A stretch of DNA of 40,920 bases from Candidatus Bipolaricaulota bacterium (lineage in GTDB: Bacteria; Bipolaricaulota; Bipolaricaulia; UBA7950; UBA9294), in assembly GCA_026390315.1 (NCBI GenBank), contig JAPLGE010000061.1:1-40920 (forward strand), in the 5' to 3' direction. Below are positions 19,054 to 31,100 of the stretch, piece after piece; positions within the stretch are counted from its first letter, which is position 1; each line of letters opens with the position of its first letter. The notes below the pieces were generated by a model that did not search any database, had not been told where the DNA came from, and worked only from the letters and a program-made list of their open reading frames with translations. A program made the position numbers and the translations under genes.

Positions 19054-19587
19054 CTAATCCCTGAACCGAAGCCCGAGGCCCTTGAGAAGGGCGTACCCTT
19101 CCTGATCGGTCTTCGCAGTGGTAACGATCGTGATGTCCATTCCCTGGACCTTCGTGACGTCACTGTAGGAGACTTCCGGGAACGTGAGCTGTTCAGCGAG
19201 CCCCAGAGTGTAGTTCCCACGGCCGTCGAAGGCGGCCGCCGACAGGCCGCGGAAGTCACGAGTCCCCGGAAGGACCGCGTTGAACAGCTTGTTCAGGAAC
19301 TCGTACGCGCGGTCGCGACGAAGCGTCACCTTGCAGCCAATCGGGTCCCCGGCCGTGAGGCGGAAGTCGGAGATCGATCGCCTCGCCTTGGTTACGACCG
19401 GCCTCTGCCCGGTGATCTTCGCCAGGTTCTTGACCGCGCCCTCCAGGATCTTTGGGTTGTCCTTGTCGGAGACGCCCATGTTGATGACGACTTTCTCCAG
19501 GCGCGGAACCTGCATCACGTTCTCCAGATCGAGCTCCTTCATCAGGCGCGGCACGATCTCGGTCTCAAACCTCTCGCGCAGCATCAT
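19054..19587 (-). CDS. rplE: 50S ribosomal protein L5
   Basis: MMLRERFETEIVPRLMKELDLENVMQVPRLEKVVINMGV... ATG 19587 overlaps the rplX TGA (ATGA). The ORF-track extension to 19671 is rejected. Confidence 0.95.
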   Translation of the reverse strand: MMLRERFETEIVPRLMKELDLENVMQVPRLEKVVINMGVSDKDNPKILEGAVKNLAKITGQRPVVTKARRSISDFRLTAGDPIGCKVTLRRDRAYEFLNKLFNAVLPGTRDFRGLSAAAFDGRGNYTLGLAEQLTFPEVSYSDVTKVQGMDITIVTTAKTDQEGYALLKGLGLRFRD

Positions 19588-19895
19588 CGGAAGGTCTCCC
19601 CGCAGTGCTTGCAGCGACGCATCTTCTCCCCATCCACAAGGGCGAAGCCGACCCGCGTCGGGACGCCGCACTCCGGACAGAGGGGAAGGACGTTCGAGGC
19701 GTGGATCGGCGCCTCGCGCTTGATGATCCCCGGCTCACGCAACGTTTGGGTCGGTCGCTGGTGCTTCGTGATCATGTGCACGTTCTCCACGATGATCCGA
19801 TTCCTCTCGGGGTCCACAACGAGCACCTTCCCGACCTTCCCCCGGTCGTTCCCCGCGATGACCTTGACGCGATCACCCTTACGCACTTTTCTCAT
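19584..19895 (-). CDS. rplX: 50S ribosomal protein L24, with a Cys4 ribbon in the C-terminal part
   Basis: KOW region MRKVRKGDRVKVIAGNDRGKVGKVLVV, then ...APIHASNVLPLCPECGVPTRVGFALVDGEKMRRCKHCGETFR. Confidence 0.95.
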   Translation of the reverse strand: MRKVRKGDRVKVIAGNDRGKVGKVLVVDPERNRIIVENVHMITKHQRPTQTLREPGIIKREAPIHASNVLPLCPECGVPTRVGFALVDGEKMRRCKHCGETFR

Positions 19896-19905
19896 CTTCG
19901 TTCCC

Positions 19906-20274
19906 TCAGAGGACCTCGGGCGCCAGCGAGATGATCCGCATCATCTTCTTCTCCCGCAGTTCGCGCGCCACCGGCCCAAACACGCGTGTCCCCACCGGCT
20001 CGCCCTGCGGCGTGATGAGAACGATCGCATTGTCGTCGAATCGAATGTAGGTCCCGTCCCTGCGACGATAGGAGCTGCGAGTGCGGACGATCACTCCCCT
20101 CACGACCTGTCCCTTCACGATGTCGCTCGTGGGGAGGCGCTTGCGCACCGAACCGATCACGATGTCCCCGATCTCTCCGCGCCGACGACGGGACGGCCCC
20201 AGGACGTTGAAGCAGCGCACGAGCTTCGCCCCGGAGTTGTCGGCCACCCGCAGCATCGTCTGCATCTGAATCAC
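19906..20274 (-). CDS. rplN: 50S ribosomal protein L14
   Basis: [26 protein letters not shown]... Confidence 0.97.
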   Translation of the reverse strand: MIQMQTMLRVADNSGAKLVRCFNVLGPSRRRRGEIGDIVIGSVRKRLPTSDIVKGQVVRGVIVRTRSSYRRRDGTYIRFDDNAIVLITPQGEPVGTRVFGPVARELREKKMMRIISLAPEVL

Positions 20275-20275
20275 G

Positions 20276-20521
20276 TCACGCCTCCGCTTTCTCGATGATC
20301 TCGACGAGTCTCCAACGCTTGGTCCGGCTGTAGGGCGCCGCCTCCTCGATCTTGACGAGGTCTCCCGTGGCGGCCGCCTTCAGCGGGTCGTGCGCGTAGA
20401 ACTTGGAGTGTCTCCGGATGTGCTTACGGTAGTACGGATGGAGACGTCGCTCCTCCACTCGAACCACGATCGTCTTCTCCATCCGATCACTCACGACTCG
20501 ACCGATCTTCTCTCTCCTCAT
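20276..20521 (-). CDS. rpsQ: 30S ribosomal protein S17
   Basis: ...[39 protein letters not shown]... Confidence 0.96.
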   Translation of the reverse strand: MRREKIGRVVSDRMEKTIVVRVEERRLHPYYRKHIRRHSKFYAHDPLKAAATGDLVKIEEAAPYSRTKRWRLVEIIEKAEA

Positions 20522-20718
20522 CGTCGGGCCTCCCGCGTTTTCTCGCGTGCGAGCGTCATCACCCGCGCGATGTCGTGGCGGGTCTTCACGAGTTCCGCGG
20601 TGTTGTCCAGCGCGCCGGTCGCTCTCTGAAAGCGCAGGTTGAAGAGCTTCCTCTTCAGCTCCCTCTCCTTCTGGGCCAGCTCTTCCGTCGTGAGGTCGCG
20701 CAGCTCGTCCGCCTTCAT
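20518..20718 (-). CDS. rpmC: 50S ribosomal protein L29
   Basis: [40 protein letters not shown]... Confidence 0.95.
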   Translation of the reverse strand: MKADELRDLTTEELAQKERELKRKLFNLRFQRATGALDNTAELVKTRHDIARVMTLAREKTREARR

Positions 20719-21146
20719 TCCTCGCCTCCCAGTACGGTCCTGCGCTTCAGCCGCGTGGGGATGGGAAGCTTCTGGGCGACAAGAGCGTGGATGTGCTTGG
20801 CTTTCTCCACGGGAATCCCGGAGATCTCAAACAGAATCGTGCCTGGCTTCACCACGGCCACCCAGTGGTCGACCGGTCCTTTCCCTTTTCCCATGCGCGC
20901 TTCAGCCGGATGCTTGGTGCACGACTTGTCGGGGAAGATCCGGATCCACACCTTGGCGTCTCGGTGGGTCTGCCGGGAGATTGTGGTTCGGCAGGACTCG
21001 ATCTGCTGACCGGTGATCCACGCCGGGGCCAGTGCCTGGATTCCGTACTCTCCGAATTCCACGTCGCTCCCGCGCGTCGCCTTCCCCGTCATCCGGCCGC
21101 GATGGAACTTCCGGTGCTTCGTCCTCTTGGGAGACAGAAGAGCCAT
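20715..21146 (-). CDS. rplP: 50S ribosomal protein L16
   Basis: [39 protein letters not shown]... Confidence 0.97.
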   Translation of the reverse strand: MALLSPKRTKHRKFHRGRMTGKATRGSDVEFGEYGIQALAPAWITGQQIESCRTTISRQTHRDAKVWIRIFPDKSCTKHPAEARMGKGKGPVDHWVAVVKPGTILFEISGIPVEKAKHIHALVAQKLPIPTRLKRRTVLGGEE

Positions 21147-21147
21147 T

Positions 21148-21798
21148 CTAGTTCACCTCGCCGCGCCAGCCGTGCGGATGCTCGCCGCGGAAGACCCACG
21201 CCTTCACCCCGATGTTGCCGTACTTCGTGCGCGCCTCGGTGAAGCCGTAGTCGATGTCGGCCCGGATCGTCTGGAGAGGCACGCGCCCCTCCCTCATCGT
21301 GATCGATCGCGCGATCTCCGCGCCGCCGAGACGGCCGCTCACCCGAATCTTCACTCCCTGAGCCCCCGCTCCCATGACTCGACGCATCACTTCCTTGATC
21401 GCCCGCGCCGGGGCGATGCGGCTTTCGAGCTGCATCGCCACGTCCTGCGAAACGAGCGTCGCCTCCAGGTCCGGCCTCTCGATCTCCTTGATCGACACCT
21501 TGATCTTCCGACCGGTCAAGCGCGCCAACATCCCTTGCAGGCGTTCGATCTCGCTTCCGCCTCGCCCGATAACGATCCCCGGGCGCGCCGAGCGAATCAC
21601 GATGGACACTCGATCCTCTTTCGAGCGCTCGATGTTCACTTCGCTGATCGCCGCGCCACGGTAGTGGCCGTTGACGAGGTCGCGGATCTTCTTGTCCTCG
21701 ACCACGTACTCCGGAGCAAGCTTGGGGTTGTACCAGTTGGAGACCCACTTGCGGTTCACACCGATCCGGAATCCTACGGGATGGATCTTCTGTCCCAT
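21148..21798 (-). CDS. rpsC: 30S ribosomal protein S3
   Basis: MGQKIHPVGFRIGVNRKWVSNWY..., with KH and S3-C domains. Confidence 0.97.
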   Translation of the reverse strand: MGQKIHPVGFRIGVNRKWVSNWYNPKLAPEYVVEDKKIRDLVNGHYRGAAISEVNIERSKEDRVSIVIRSARPGIVIGRGGSEIERLQGMLARLTGRKIKVSIKEIERPDLEATLVSQDVAMQLESRIAPARAIKEVMRRVMGAGAQGVKIRVSGRLGGAEIARSITMREGRVPLQTIRADIDYGFTEARTKYGNIGVKAWVFRGEHPHGWRGEVN

Positions 21799-22139
21799 CA
21801 GTTACCCCTCTTCTCCCCGACGACGATCGTGATGTGGCTCAGCGGCCGCCGCATGATGTCGGCCCGCCCCATCGCGCGCGGCTTGACGCGGCGCAGGGAA
21901 GGCCCCATGTCGACCATGGCCCGCAGGACAAACAGCCGGTCCACGTCCACGCCGTAGTTGTTCTCCGCATTGGCGATCGCCGACTCCAAGGTCTTTCGGA
22001 GCAACCGCGCCCCTTTCGTGCTCGACAAGGAGACGATCCGCAGTGCCTCGCCCACGTCCTTGCCGCGGATGGCGTCGGCGACCAACCGTCCCCGGTGCGG
22101 GGACAGGCGAACATATCTCGTCACGGCTCGTGCTTCCAT
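21798..22139 (-). CDS. rplV: 50S ribosomal protein L22
   Basis: MEARAVTRYVRLSPHRGRLVADAIRGKDVGEAL... Confidence 0.96.
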   Translation of the reverse strand: MEARAVTRYVRLSPHRGRLVADAIRGKDVGEALRIVSLSSTKGARLLRKTLESAIANAENNYGVDVDRLFVLRAMVDMGPSLRRVKPRAMGRADIMRRPLSHITIVVGEKRGN

Positions 22140-22149
22140 GCTCTCTCCC

Positions 22150-22434
22150 TTATGTCAGGCCCGGCGCCTTCTTCTTCTTCATCCCGCCGTGAGCGCGGAA
22201 GGTCCGCGTCGGCGCGAACTCTCCCAGCTTGTGCCCCACCATGTTCTCCACGATGTAGACCGGGACGTGCACCTTGCCGTTGTGCACCTTGATGGTCAGA
22301 CCGACCATCTCCGGAGTGATCATCGAGGCACGCGACCACGTCTTGATCTCCTTCAGATCGCCCCGCTTCGCCTTCTGGACCTTCTCGAGGAGGCTCTCCA
22401 GCACGAACGGCCCCTTCTTCGTCGACCTTGGCAT
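22150..22434 (-). CDS. rpsS: 30S ribosomal protein S19
   Basis: [19 protein letters not shown]...[33 protein letters not shown]. Confidence 0.97.
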   Translation of the reverse strand: MPRSTKKGPFVLESLLEKVQKAKRGDLKEIKTWSRASMITPEMVGLTIKVHNGKVHVPVYIVENMVGHKLGEFAPTRTFRAHGGMKKKKAPGLT

Positions 22435-22442
22435 GGCGCTCG

Positions 22443-23279
22443 CTACCTCCTGCCCTTCCCGGCCCGGCGGACGATCAAAGCCGTGCTGGGCTTCCTCTTC
22501 CTGCGCGTGCGGCCGCCCTTGGCCAGCTTCCCCGTGGGAGAGACCTCCGGTCTCCCCACGCGGGCGCGTCCTTCTCCGCCGCCGTGCGGATGGTCCTTGG
22601 GGTTCATCGCCACGCCGCGGACCTTCGGGTTGCGCCCTAGATGGCGGACTCTCCCCGCCTTGCCGTGCTTCACGTTCTTGTGATCGGGGTTCGACACCTC
22701 ACCGATCGTGGCCCGACACTCGGTACTGAAGATCCGCACCTCGTCAGACGGCATGCGCACGTGGGCCCGGTCCCCTTCCTTCCCGATCAGCTTCACCGAG
22801 GTCCCCGCCGCGCGGGCGACCTTCCCGCCGCTTCCCGGCGTGAGCTCCAGGTTGTGCAGGACCGCGCCCAACGGGATGCGTCGCAGAGGCAAGGTGTTCC
22901 CCACGCGAACCTCCGCCGCGTCTCCCGACTCGACCTGCGCTCCCACGTCGAGGGAGATCGGAGCGAGGATGTATCGCTTCTCGCCGTCGGTGTAGTGGAG
23001 AAGCGTGATCCAGGCGGACCGGTTCGGGTCGTACTCGCGTGAGATGACGCGGGCCGGAATGCCGTCCTTGTGGCGCGAGAAGTCGACCACGCGGTACTGG
23101 TGCTTGTGGCCGCCGCCCCGCCAGCGCACCGTGATCTTCCCCTGGCTGTTCCGCCCGCCCCCCTTCGCCTTGGGCCGCAGGAGGCTCTTCTCGGCAGCGA
23201 CGTGCGATAGCACGCTGTAGTCGGGAAGCTCCGCGTGTCGCCGTCCGGGTGACGTTGGCTTGTATCTCTTCAGAGGCAT
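22443..23279 (-). CDS. rplB: 50S ribosomal protein L2
   Basis: [22 protein letters not shown]...[13 protein letters not shown]... ATG 23279 lies 5 nt after the rplW stop. The 82-codon extension is rejected. Confidence 0.96.
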   Translation of the reverse strand: MPLKRYKPTSPGRRHAELPDYSVLSHVAAEKSLLRPKAKGGGRNSQGKITVRWRGGGHKHQYRVVDFSRHKDGIPARVISREYDPNRSAWITLLHYTDGEKRYILAPISLDVGAQVESGDAAEVRVGNTLPLRRIPLGAVLHNLELTPGSGGKVARAAGTSVKLIGKEGDRAHVRMPSDEVRIFSTECRATIGEVSNPDHKNVKHGKAGRVRHLGRNPKVRGVAMNPKDHPHGGGEGRARVGRPEVSPTGKLAKGGRTRRKRKPSTALIVRRAGKGRR

Positions 23280-23284
23280 GGTCC

Positions 23285-23584
23285 CTATCCCCCCATCACG
23301 TCGATCCGGTCGCCGGGGACGAGCCGCACGACCGCCTTGCGCCAATGCGACGTCCGTCCGTGGAGCTGGTTCAGTCGCTCGCGTCGCGGCTTTCCCTTCA
23401 CGTTGGCGGTCCACACCTTCTCCACCTTGACCTTGAACAGCTCCTCGACCGCCTTGCGAATCTGGATCTTGTTTGCACCGAGGGCCACGCGAAAGGCGTA
23501 TTTGTTCTCGCCCATCTTCGCCCACGTCTGCTCGGTCAGGACCGGAGCCAGGATGACGTCCTCGACGTGAACCAGCTTCGCCAT
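23285..23584 (-). CDS. rplW: 50S ribosomal protein L23
   Basis: ...VILAPVLTEQTWAKMGENKYAFRVALGANKIQIRKAVEELFKVKVEKV... Confidence 0.95.
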   Translation of the reverse strand: MAKLVHVEDVILAPVLTEQTWAKMGENKYAFRVALGANKIQIRKAVEELFKVKVEKVWTANVKGKPRRERLNQLHGRTSHWRKAVVRLVPGDRIDVMGG

Positions 23585-23586
23585 TT

Positions 23587-24216
23587 CTAGAACCTCTCCT
23601 TCAGTTCCTCCACCGCCCGAAGGGTCAAGAGAAGCCCTTGATGGCGCAGGATGTCATACACGTTCAGCCCAGTCGCGGCCAGGCACTTCACCCCAGGAAG
23701 GTTGGAGAACGACTTCTTGACCGGGCGATTGTACTCGCTCGTTCCGACCGCGACCAGGGTCGTAGACGTCATCTCCGTGCGGTTCAGCAGCGCCAGGGCC
23801 GTCTTCGTCTTCGGCTCCTCGAACCCCATCCGGTCGAGGAGAACGACCCGACCCTCACCTGCCCGATCGGACAGCGCCGAGACCAAGGCGCCCTGTCGCA
23901 TCTTCTTCGGCAGCTTGATGTGATAGGAGCGCGGTTTCGGTCCGAACGCGATCCCCCCTCCGGGCCAGAGCGGGGAGCGGCGCGACCCGGCGCGCGCGCG
24001 GCCCGTGCCCTTCTGCCGCCAGGGCTTCCGGCCGCCGCCGCGCACGTCTCCGCGCGTCTTCGTGCAACTCGTCCCCTGACGTCGGTTCTCGAGCTGCATG
24101 CGGACGGTCCGGTACAGGAGGTCTGCGTTGACCTCGGCACCGAACAGACGCTCGTCTAGCTCGACGACCTGGGGCTCTCCTTCACTGTCGAAGGCGTACA
24201 GCTTCGCTTCAACCAT
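23587..24216 (-). CDS. rplD: 50S ribosomal protein L4
   Basis: ...GTSCTKTRGDVRGGGRKPWRQKGTGRARAGSRRSPLWPGGGIAFGPKPR... Confidence 0.96.
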   Translation of the reverse strand: MVEAKLYAFDSEGEPQVVELDERLFGAEVNADLLYRTVRMQLENRRQGTSCTKTRGDVRGGGRKPWRQKGTGRARAGSRRSPLWPGGGIAFGPKPRSYHIKLPKKMRQGALVSALSDRAGEGRVVLLDRMGFEEPKTKTALALLNRTEMTSTTLVAVGTSEYNRPVKKSFSNLPGVKCLAATGLNVYDILRHQGLLLTLRAVEELKERF

Positions 24217-24832
24217 GGCTCTTCCTCAGTTCCAGGACTCCTCCGCGCGGACCCGGCGTCGATCCCTTGAGCACGACCAGGTTCCGCTCTCGGTCAACCC
24301 GCAGGATCGTGGCTCCCTTGACCGTAATGCGGCGGGCCCCGGTGTGGCCGGGGAGCTTCTTCCCCTTGACGACCCGCCCGGGGAGGGCGGAGTTCCCCAC
24401 CGATCCCGGCCGGCGATGGAAGCACGAGCCGTGCGTCTTCGGGCCTCCCGCGAAGTTCCATCGCTTCATGACACCCTGAAAGCCCAGGCCACGCGACGTC
24501 CCGCTGACGTCGATCTTGTCTCCTTCGGAGAAGATCTCTACGCCAATCGGATCACCGACCTTGTACGCGCTGGGGTCGTCAACCCGGACTTCATGCAGGT
24601 ACCGGTGCGTCGAGACCCCTGCCTTCTGGTAGTGGCCCCGCAACGGGCGAGTCACCTTGCGGTCGGGGACCTCGTCGTAGCCCAGCTGAAGGGCGTTGTA
24701 GCCGTCCTTCGCCTCGATCTTGATCTGCACGATCCGCGAGGGCTGTGCTTCGATCACCGTCGCTCCCACCGCGCGGGCGTCGACGAACAACTGCGTCATC
24801 CCGACCTTTCGCGCCAGAATCCCTAGGCTCAT
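24209..24832 (-). CDS. rplC: 50S ribosomal protein L3
   Basis: MSLGILARKVGMTQLF...GTSRGLGFQGVMKRWNFAGGPKTHGS... Confidence 0.96.
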   Translation of the reverse strand: MSLGILARKVGMTQLFVDARAVGATVIEAQPSRIVQIKIEAKDGYNALQLGYDEVPDRKVTRPLRGHYQKAGVSTHRYLHEVRVDDPSAYKVGDPIGVEIFSEGDKIDVSGTSRGLGFQGVMKRWNFAGGPKTHGSCFHRRPGSVGNSALPGRVVKGKKLPGHTGARRITVKGATILRVDRERNLVVLKGSTPGPRGGVLELRKSHG

Positions 24833-24851
24833 GCGCCCCTACCTCCGTTCC

Positions 24852-25160
24852 TTACAGCTTGATCTCGATGTCGATCCCGGTGGGCAGTTCGATGCCCATC
24901 AGGGCGTTGATCGTCTCCGACGTCGGCTCCTTGATGTCCAGGAGACGGGTGTGAATCCGCTGCTCGAAGTGCTCCATCGACCGCTTGTCGATGTGCGGGG
25001 AGCGGAGGACGGTGTACACCCGCCTCTCGGTCGGGAGAGGAATCGGGCCCGAGATCTTCGCCCGCGTCCCCTTGGCCGAATCGACGATCTTGCGGACCGA
25101 ACTGTCCACCAGCTCGTGGTCGTAGCCCCGTACCTTGATGCGTATCCTTTCTCTCGCCAT
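24852..25160 (-). CDS. rpsJ: 30S ribosomal protein S10
   Basis: MARERIRIKVRGYDHELVDSSVRKIVDSAKGTRAKISGPIPLPTERRVYTVLRSPHIDKRSMEHFE... Confidence 0.97.
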   Translation of the reverse strand: MARERIRIKVRGYDHELVDSSVRKIVDSAKGTRAKISGPIPLPTERRVYTVLRSPHIDKRSMEHFEQRIHTRLLDIKEPTSETINALMGIELPTGIDIEIKL

Positions 25161-25162
25161 CG

Positions 25163-27238
<2,076 letters not shown>

Positions 27239-27290
27239 GGGTGTCCTTCCTAAGGAGGTGGCGCGAGAGGGGACGACAGATCCGACTGAG

Positions 27291-27749
27291 CTACCAGCGG
27301 TAGTGAGCGAAGGCCCTGTTCGCTTCCGCCATGCGATGCACATCCAGCCGCTTGTTGTACGCTTTGCCCTCCTTGCGGGAGGCGTCCATGACCTCCGCGG
27401 CCAGGCGGCTCGCCATGGTATGTTCGCCTCTTTCCCGTGCAGCGCGGACGATCCAGCGTAAGGCAAGGGCCATCTGGCGATCGGGCGGGACCTCGTAGGG
27501 AACCTGGTAGTTCGCCCCCCCGACGCGGCGGGAACGCACCTCCAAGCGCGGCGTGCAGTTGGCGATCGCCGCGTTGAAGACGTCGAGCGCAGGGGAATCC
27601 GCGCGCTTCTCGACCTGGGCCAAGGCGTCGTAGACGATCCGCTCCGCGGTCGACTTCTTCCCCTCCAGCATGATGTAGTTGATGAGTTTCCCTAGAAGCT
27701 TGCTGTTGTACTTGATGTCCGGCTTCACGTCGCGGCCAGGTATCTGCAT
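27291..27749 (-). CDS. rpsG: 30S ribosomal protein S7
   Basis: ...YNSKLLGKLINYIMLEGKKSTAERIVYDAL...ANRAFAHYRW. AGGAGGAGGA lies directly upstream. Confidence 0.95.
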   Translation of the reverse strand: MQIPGRDVKPDIKYNSKLLGKLINYIMLEGKKSTAERIVYDALAQVEKRADSPALDVFNAAIANCTPRLEVRSRRVGGANYQVPYEVPPDRQMALALRWIVRAARERGEHTMASRLAAEVMDASRKEGKAYNKRLDVHRMAEANRAFAHYRW

Positions 27750-27757
27750 TCCTCCTC

Positions 27758-28129
27758 CTAACTCGGCTTCTTGGCGCCGTACTTCGAGCGCCCCCGCCGA
27801 CGGCCCCCGACCCCTTCCGCGTCGAGCGTGCCGCGCACGATGTGATAGCGGACCCCTGGGAGGTCTGGCACGCGGCCGCCTCGCACCAGGACCATGGAGT
27901 GCTCCTGGAGGTTGTGTCCCTCACCACCGATGTAGGCCGTGATCTCCTTCCCGTTGCTTAGGCGAACGCGGGCTACCTTTCGCAACGCGGAGTTCGGCTT
28001 CTTGGGCGTGCGCGTGAACACACGAGTGCAAACCCCTCGGCGCTGCGGGCACGACGCGAGCGCCCTCGACTTCGACTTCTTCTCTTTCGGCTTGCGCCCC
28101 AAACGGATGAGTTGGTTGATCGTCGGCAT
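27758..28129 (-). CDS. rpsL: 30S ribosomal protein S12
   Basis: [60 protein letters not shown]... ATG 28129 lies 2 nt after the rpoC stop. Its SD, GGAGAG, lies inside the rpoC 3' end. Confidence 0.97.
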   Translation of the reverse strand: MPTINQLIRLGRKPKEKKSKSRALASCPQRRGVCTRVFTRTPKKPNSALRKVARVRLSNGKEITAYIGGEGHNLQEHSMVLVRGGRVPDLPGVRYHIVRGTLDAEGVGGRRRGRSKYGAKKPS

Positions 28130-28131
28130 AG

Positions 28132-31100
28132 TTATCTCTCCAGGCTGTTCGCGATTATAGGTGAGCTCATAGAACCTGTCAACTCGCTTTCGGACGGGAC
28201 TTCCGCCTCCTCCGCCCGCGCGGCCTCGGCAGACGGGAACCCCGTGCCGGCCGGGATCCTCTTCCCGACAATGATGCTCGGCTTCAGCCCCTCCAGCTCG
28301 TCGGTCTCCCCGCGCAGAGCCGCCTCGGCGAGGACCTTCGTCGTCCGCTGGAAGGACGCGGCGGAGAGCCACCCCTTCGTCTGCAGGGCGGCCTTGGAGA
28401 TCCGCAGAAGCTCACGCTCCCCTGTGGGCAGCCCCCGGTCTCCCAGAGGTATCTCCACGACGTCCTCCTCGCCGCGCTGCACGCGGACGCAGGAGGCTCC
28501 GGCTCGTTTGGCTGCGTGTAGGATTCCCTGGGTAACGGCCTCGCCGCTCGCAGCGATCAGCTGTCCCCCCACGACGAGGTCCTCCGCGATCTTCTGCCCG
28601 ATCGCCTCCTGACGCGCCTGTTCCCCTTCTTGGTTCAGACGCGCGAGCCTCTGCAGCTCCTCCTGGAACGCCTCGAGCGCCACAAGGTCGCTCATGAGGA
28701 ACCGCGAGTCCCCTCGATCCACGATGCGGACGTTGTTGAGGATCTGGCGGATAATGACCTCGAGGTGCTTGTCGTTGATGTCGACCCCTTGAGCCTTGTA
28801 GACCTTGTGGATCTCCGTCAACAGGTACTCCCGGGTCTTCTTGACTCCGGCGGCCTCGAGAAGAGTGTGGGGGGCCACGACACCCTTGGTGAGAAGGTCT
28901 CCCTCCTGCACCTTGTCCCCCATTCGTACCGTCGCGGCCTGATCGATCTTCACGACGCTCTTCGGATGGATGGAGACCGAGCTCGTCCCGCCCTTCGTCT
29001 GAATCTTCTCGACGACGACCCGCCCTTCAGGGATCTCGAGCCTTACGAGCCTCTCTCCCTCAGCGATCCTTTCCCCACTCGCCTTCGCGGGCGAAAGGTC
29101 CACCGTGAGACGGAATCTCACCCCGCCGCCACTCGGGTTGTAGACGATGATGCGATCCGGAAGGAGAAGAACGGTCCCGTCCACGTCGCTTGCGATGAAG
29201 ATCGGCTTGGAGCGCGACGTGAGCTGATCGCCCTCCTTCACCTTCGCCCCCGGCTCGGCCATCATGCGAGCCCCGTACGGGATCTCGTACTCAGCGACCG
29301 TGCCGTCCCGACCGACGTGGCGGAACGTCCGCTCCTTCTCCTCGGAGAACTCGATCGTCCCCGGCCGATCGGCAACGATCGGCTCGATGTTGAACCGATC
29401 GGTCAGTGCGTCTCCCGCCGCGACGGTCGCGCCGTCCTTGACGCGCGGCACGGCCCCCCGCGGGAGGCTGTAGGCCCGGTCGCCGCCTTCCGTGTCAATG
29501 ACGACCAACTCGCGGCGGTTCCCGCTCCCCACGATGTGCACTTCGCCGGAGCAGGGGCTTCCTGAGTCGATCAGGTCTTCGACGTCGGCTTCCTCTCCTG
29601 GCTCGGCGCGCACGAGCGCGGCCGGAATCTGAAGGACCCGCCGTTCTCCGGTGATCTCGACTCGGTCCCCGCCCGTCGCCGTCGACGTGACGGCGGTCAC
29701 GTGGCCATCGAGAGGAGAGATCCCCGCCTGGGCGCTCTTCACCGTGCGCCGCGCCTCGAACAGCTCCTCAGCGCGGGGGAGCCCCTGCGTGATGTCCTCG
29801 CCCGCCACGCCCCCTGTGTGGAAAGTCCTCATCGTGAGCTGAGTCCCGGGCTCTCCCACGGACTGCGCGGCGATCACGCCCACCGCGGTCCCCAGATCGA
29901 CCGGCCGGTGGGTGCTCATGTCGTAGCCGTAGCAGCGCTGGCAGATTCCTCTCCGCGACTCGCAGACCATTGGCGATCGGATCACGATCTGAGGCCGCAC
30001 CTTGACTCGCTTGATCCCTGCCGCACGCAGGCTCCCGATCAGCCGTGGAGTAACAAGCTCGTCGGCCTGAATCAGCACGTGCCCTTCGGATGGGTGGCGG
30101 ACGTCATCGGCGCTCTTGGTCCCAATCAGCCGCTCCTGTTCGTCCTCCCCTCCGATGGGGAGTTCGACTTCGAGCCTGCCGATGTGGGCGGCCATCTCGT
30201 AGCTGATCCATTGGCCGGATTCCACCAAGATCTCGCCGGTGCTCGGGTCGACGATCGGCCGGCTCGCCACGCGACCGTAGATCCGGTCCTCGATCGGCTC
30301 CATCACCTCAGTCTTGCTGTAGCGCAGCGGGTCGACCTCCACGCCTTGAGCCGTCCCGCAGTCCTCCTCACGGATGATCGTGTCGGACGTCGCGTCGACG
30401 AGGCGGCGGGTGAGGTACCCCGAGTCGGCCGTCTTGAGAGCGGTGTCGGCCGCCCCCTTGCGGCCCCCGTGGGTTGAGATGAAGTACTCCATCATATCCA
30501 GCCCTTCGCGGAAGTTGGAGATGACCGGCATCTCAATGATGTCGCCGGAAGGTCCGGCCATGGGGCCGCGCATCCCGCAGAGCTGCTTGACCTGGTCCGG
30601 GCCGCCGCGGGCCCCCGACGTGACGATCCCGTAGACGGGGTTGAACCTGTGTGCGCGGAGGTTTTCCATCGTCGCCCGCTCCACCTCGTCGACGGTCCTC
30701 CTCCAGATCCGAATGACCGCCTGGGAGCGCTCGTCATCGGTGGCCAAGCCGAGTTCGTACATCTTGTTGATCCGCCGCACCGCGGCGTAGGATCGGCGGA
30801 CAATCTCCTCCTTCTCGGGCGGGATGAGACAGTCCTTGATGGAGATGGTGAGCGCGGCGTAGGTCGCGTACTTGAACCCGAGATCCTTGAGGAGGTCCAG
30901 GACCTCGGAGGTCTCCTCCCAACCGAAGCGGTGATAGCAGTCCATGATCAGGGCCTTCGTCGCGCGGCGATCCATCACCCGATGGTAGTCCCGCGTCTCC
31001 GGGGGGAGAACGAGGTTGAGCTCGGCTCGGCCGAGGGTCGTCTCCACCACCTCTCCGTCGATGCGGATCCTCACCACGCTGTGCAGGTCGAGGAATCCGC

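Noticed and set aside
18763-20298. Long antisense ORFs inside the ribosomal, rpoC and cca regions (511 aa at 18763..20298; also 488 aa at 30649..32115, 612 aa at 37309..39147, 350 aa at 32122..33174, 352 aa at 7418..8476)
   Set aside because: Each lies opposite a gene with unambiguous conserved motifs and has a low-complexity R/P/G/D/H-rich composition. I treat them as GC-driven shadow ORFs, not overlapping genes.
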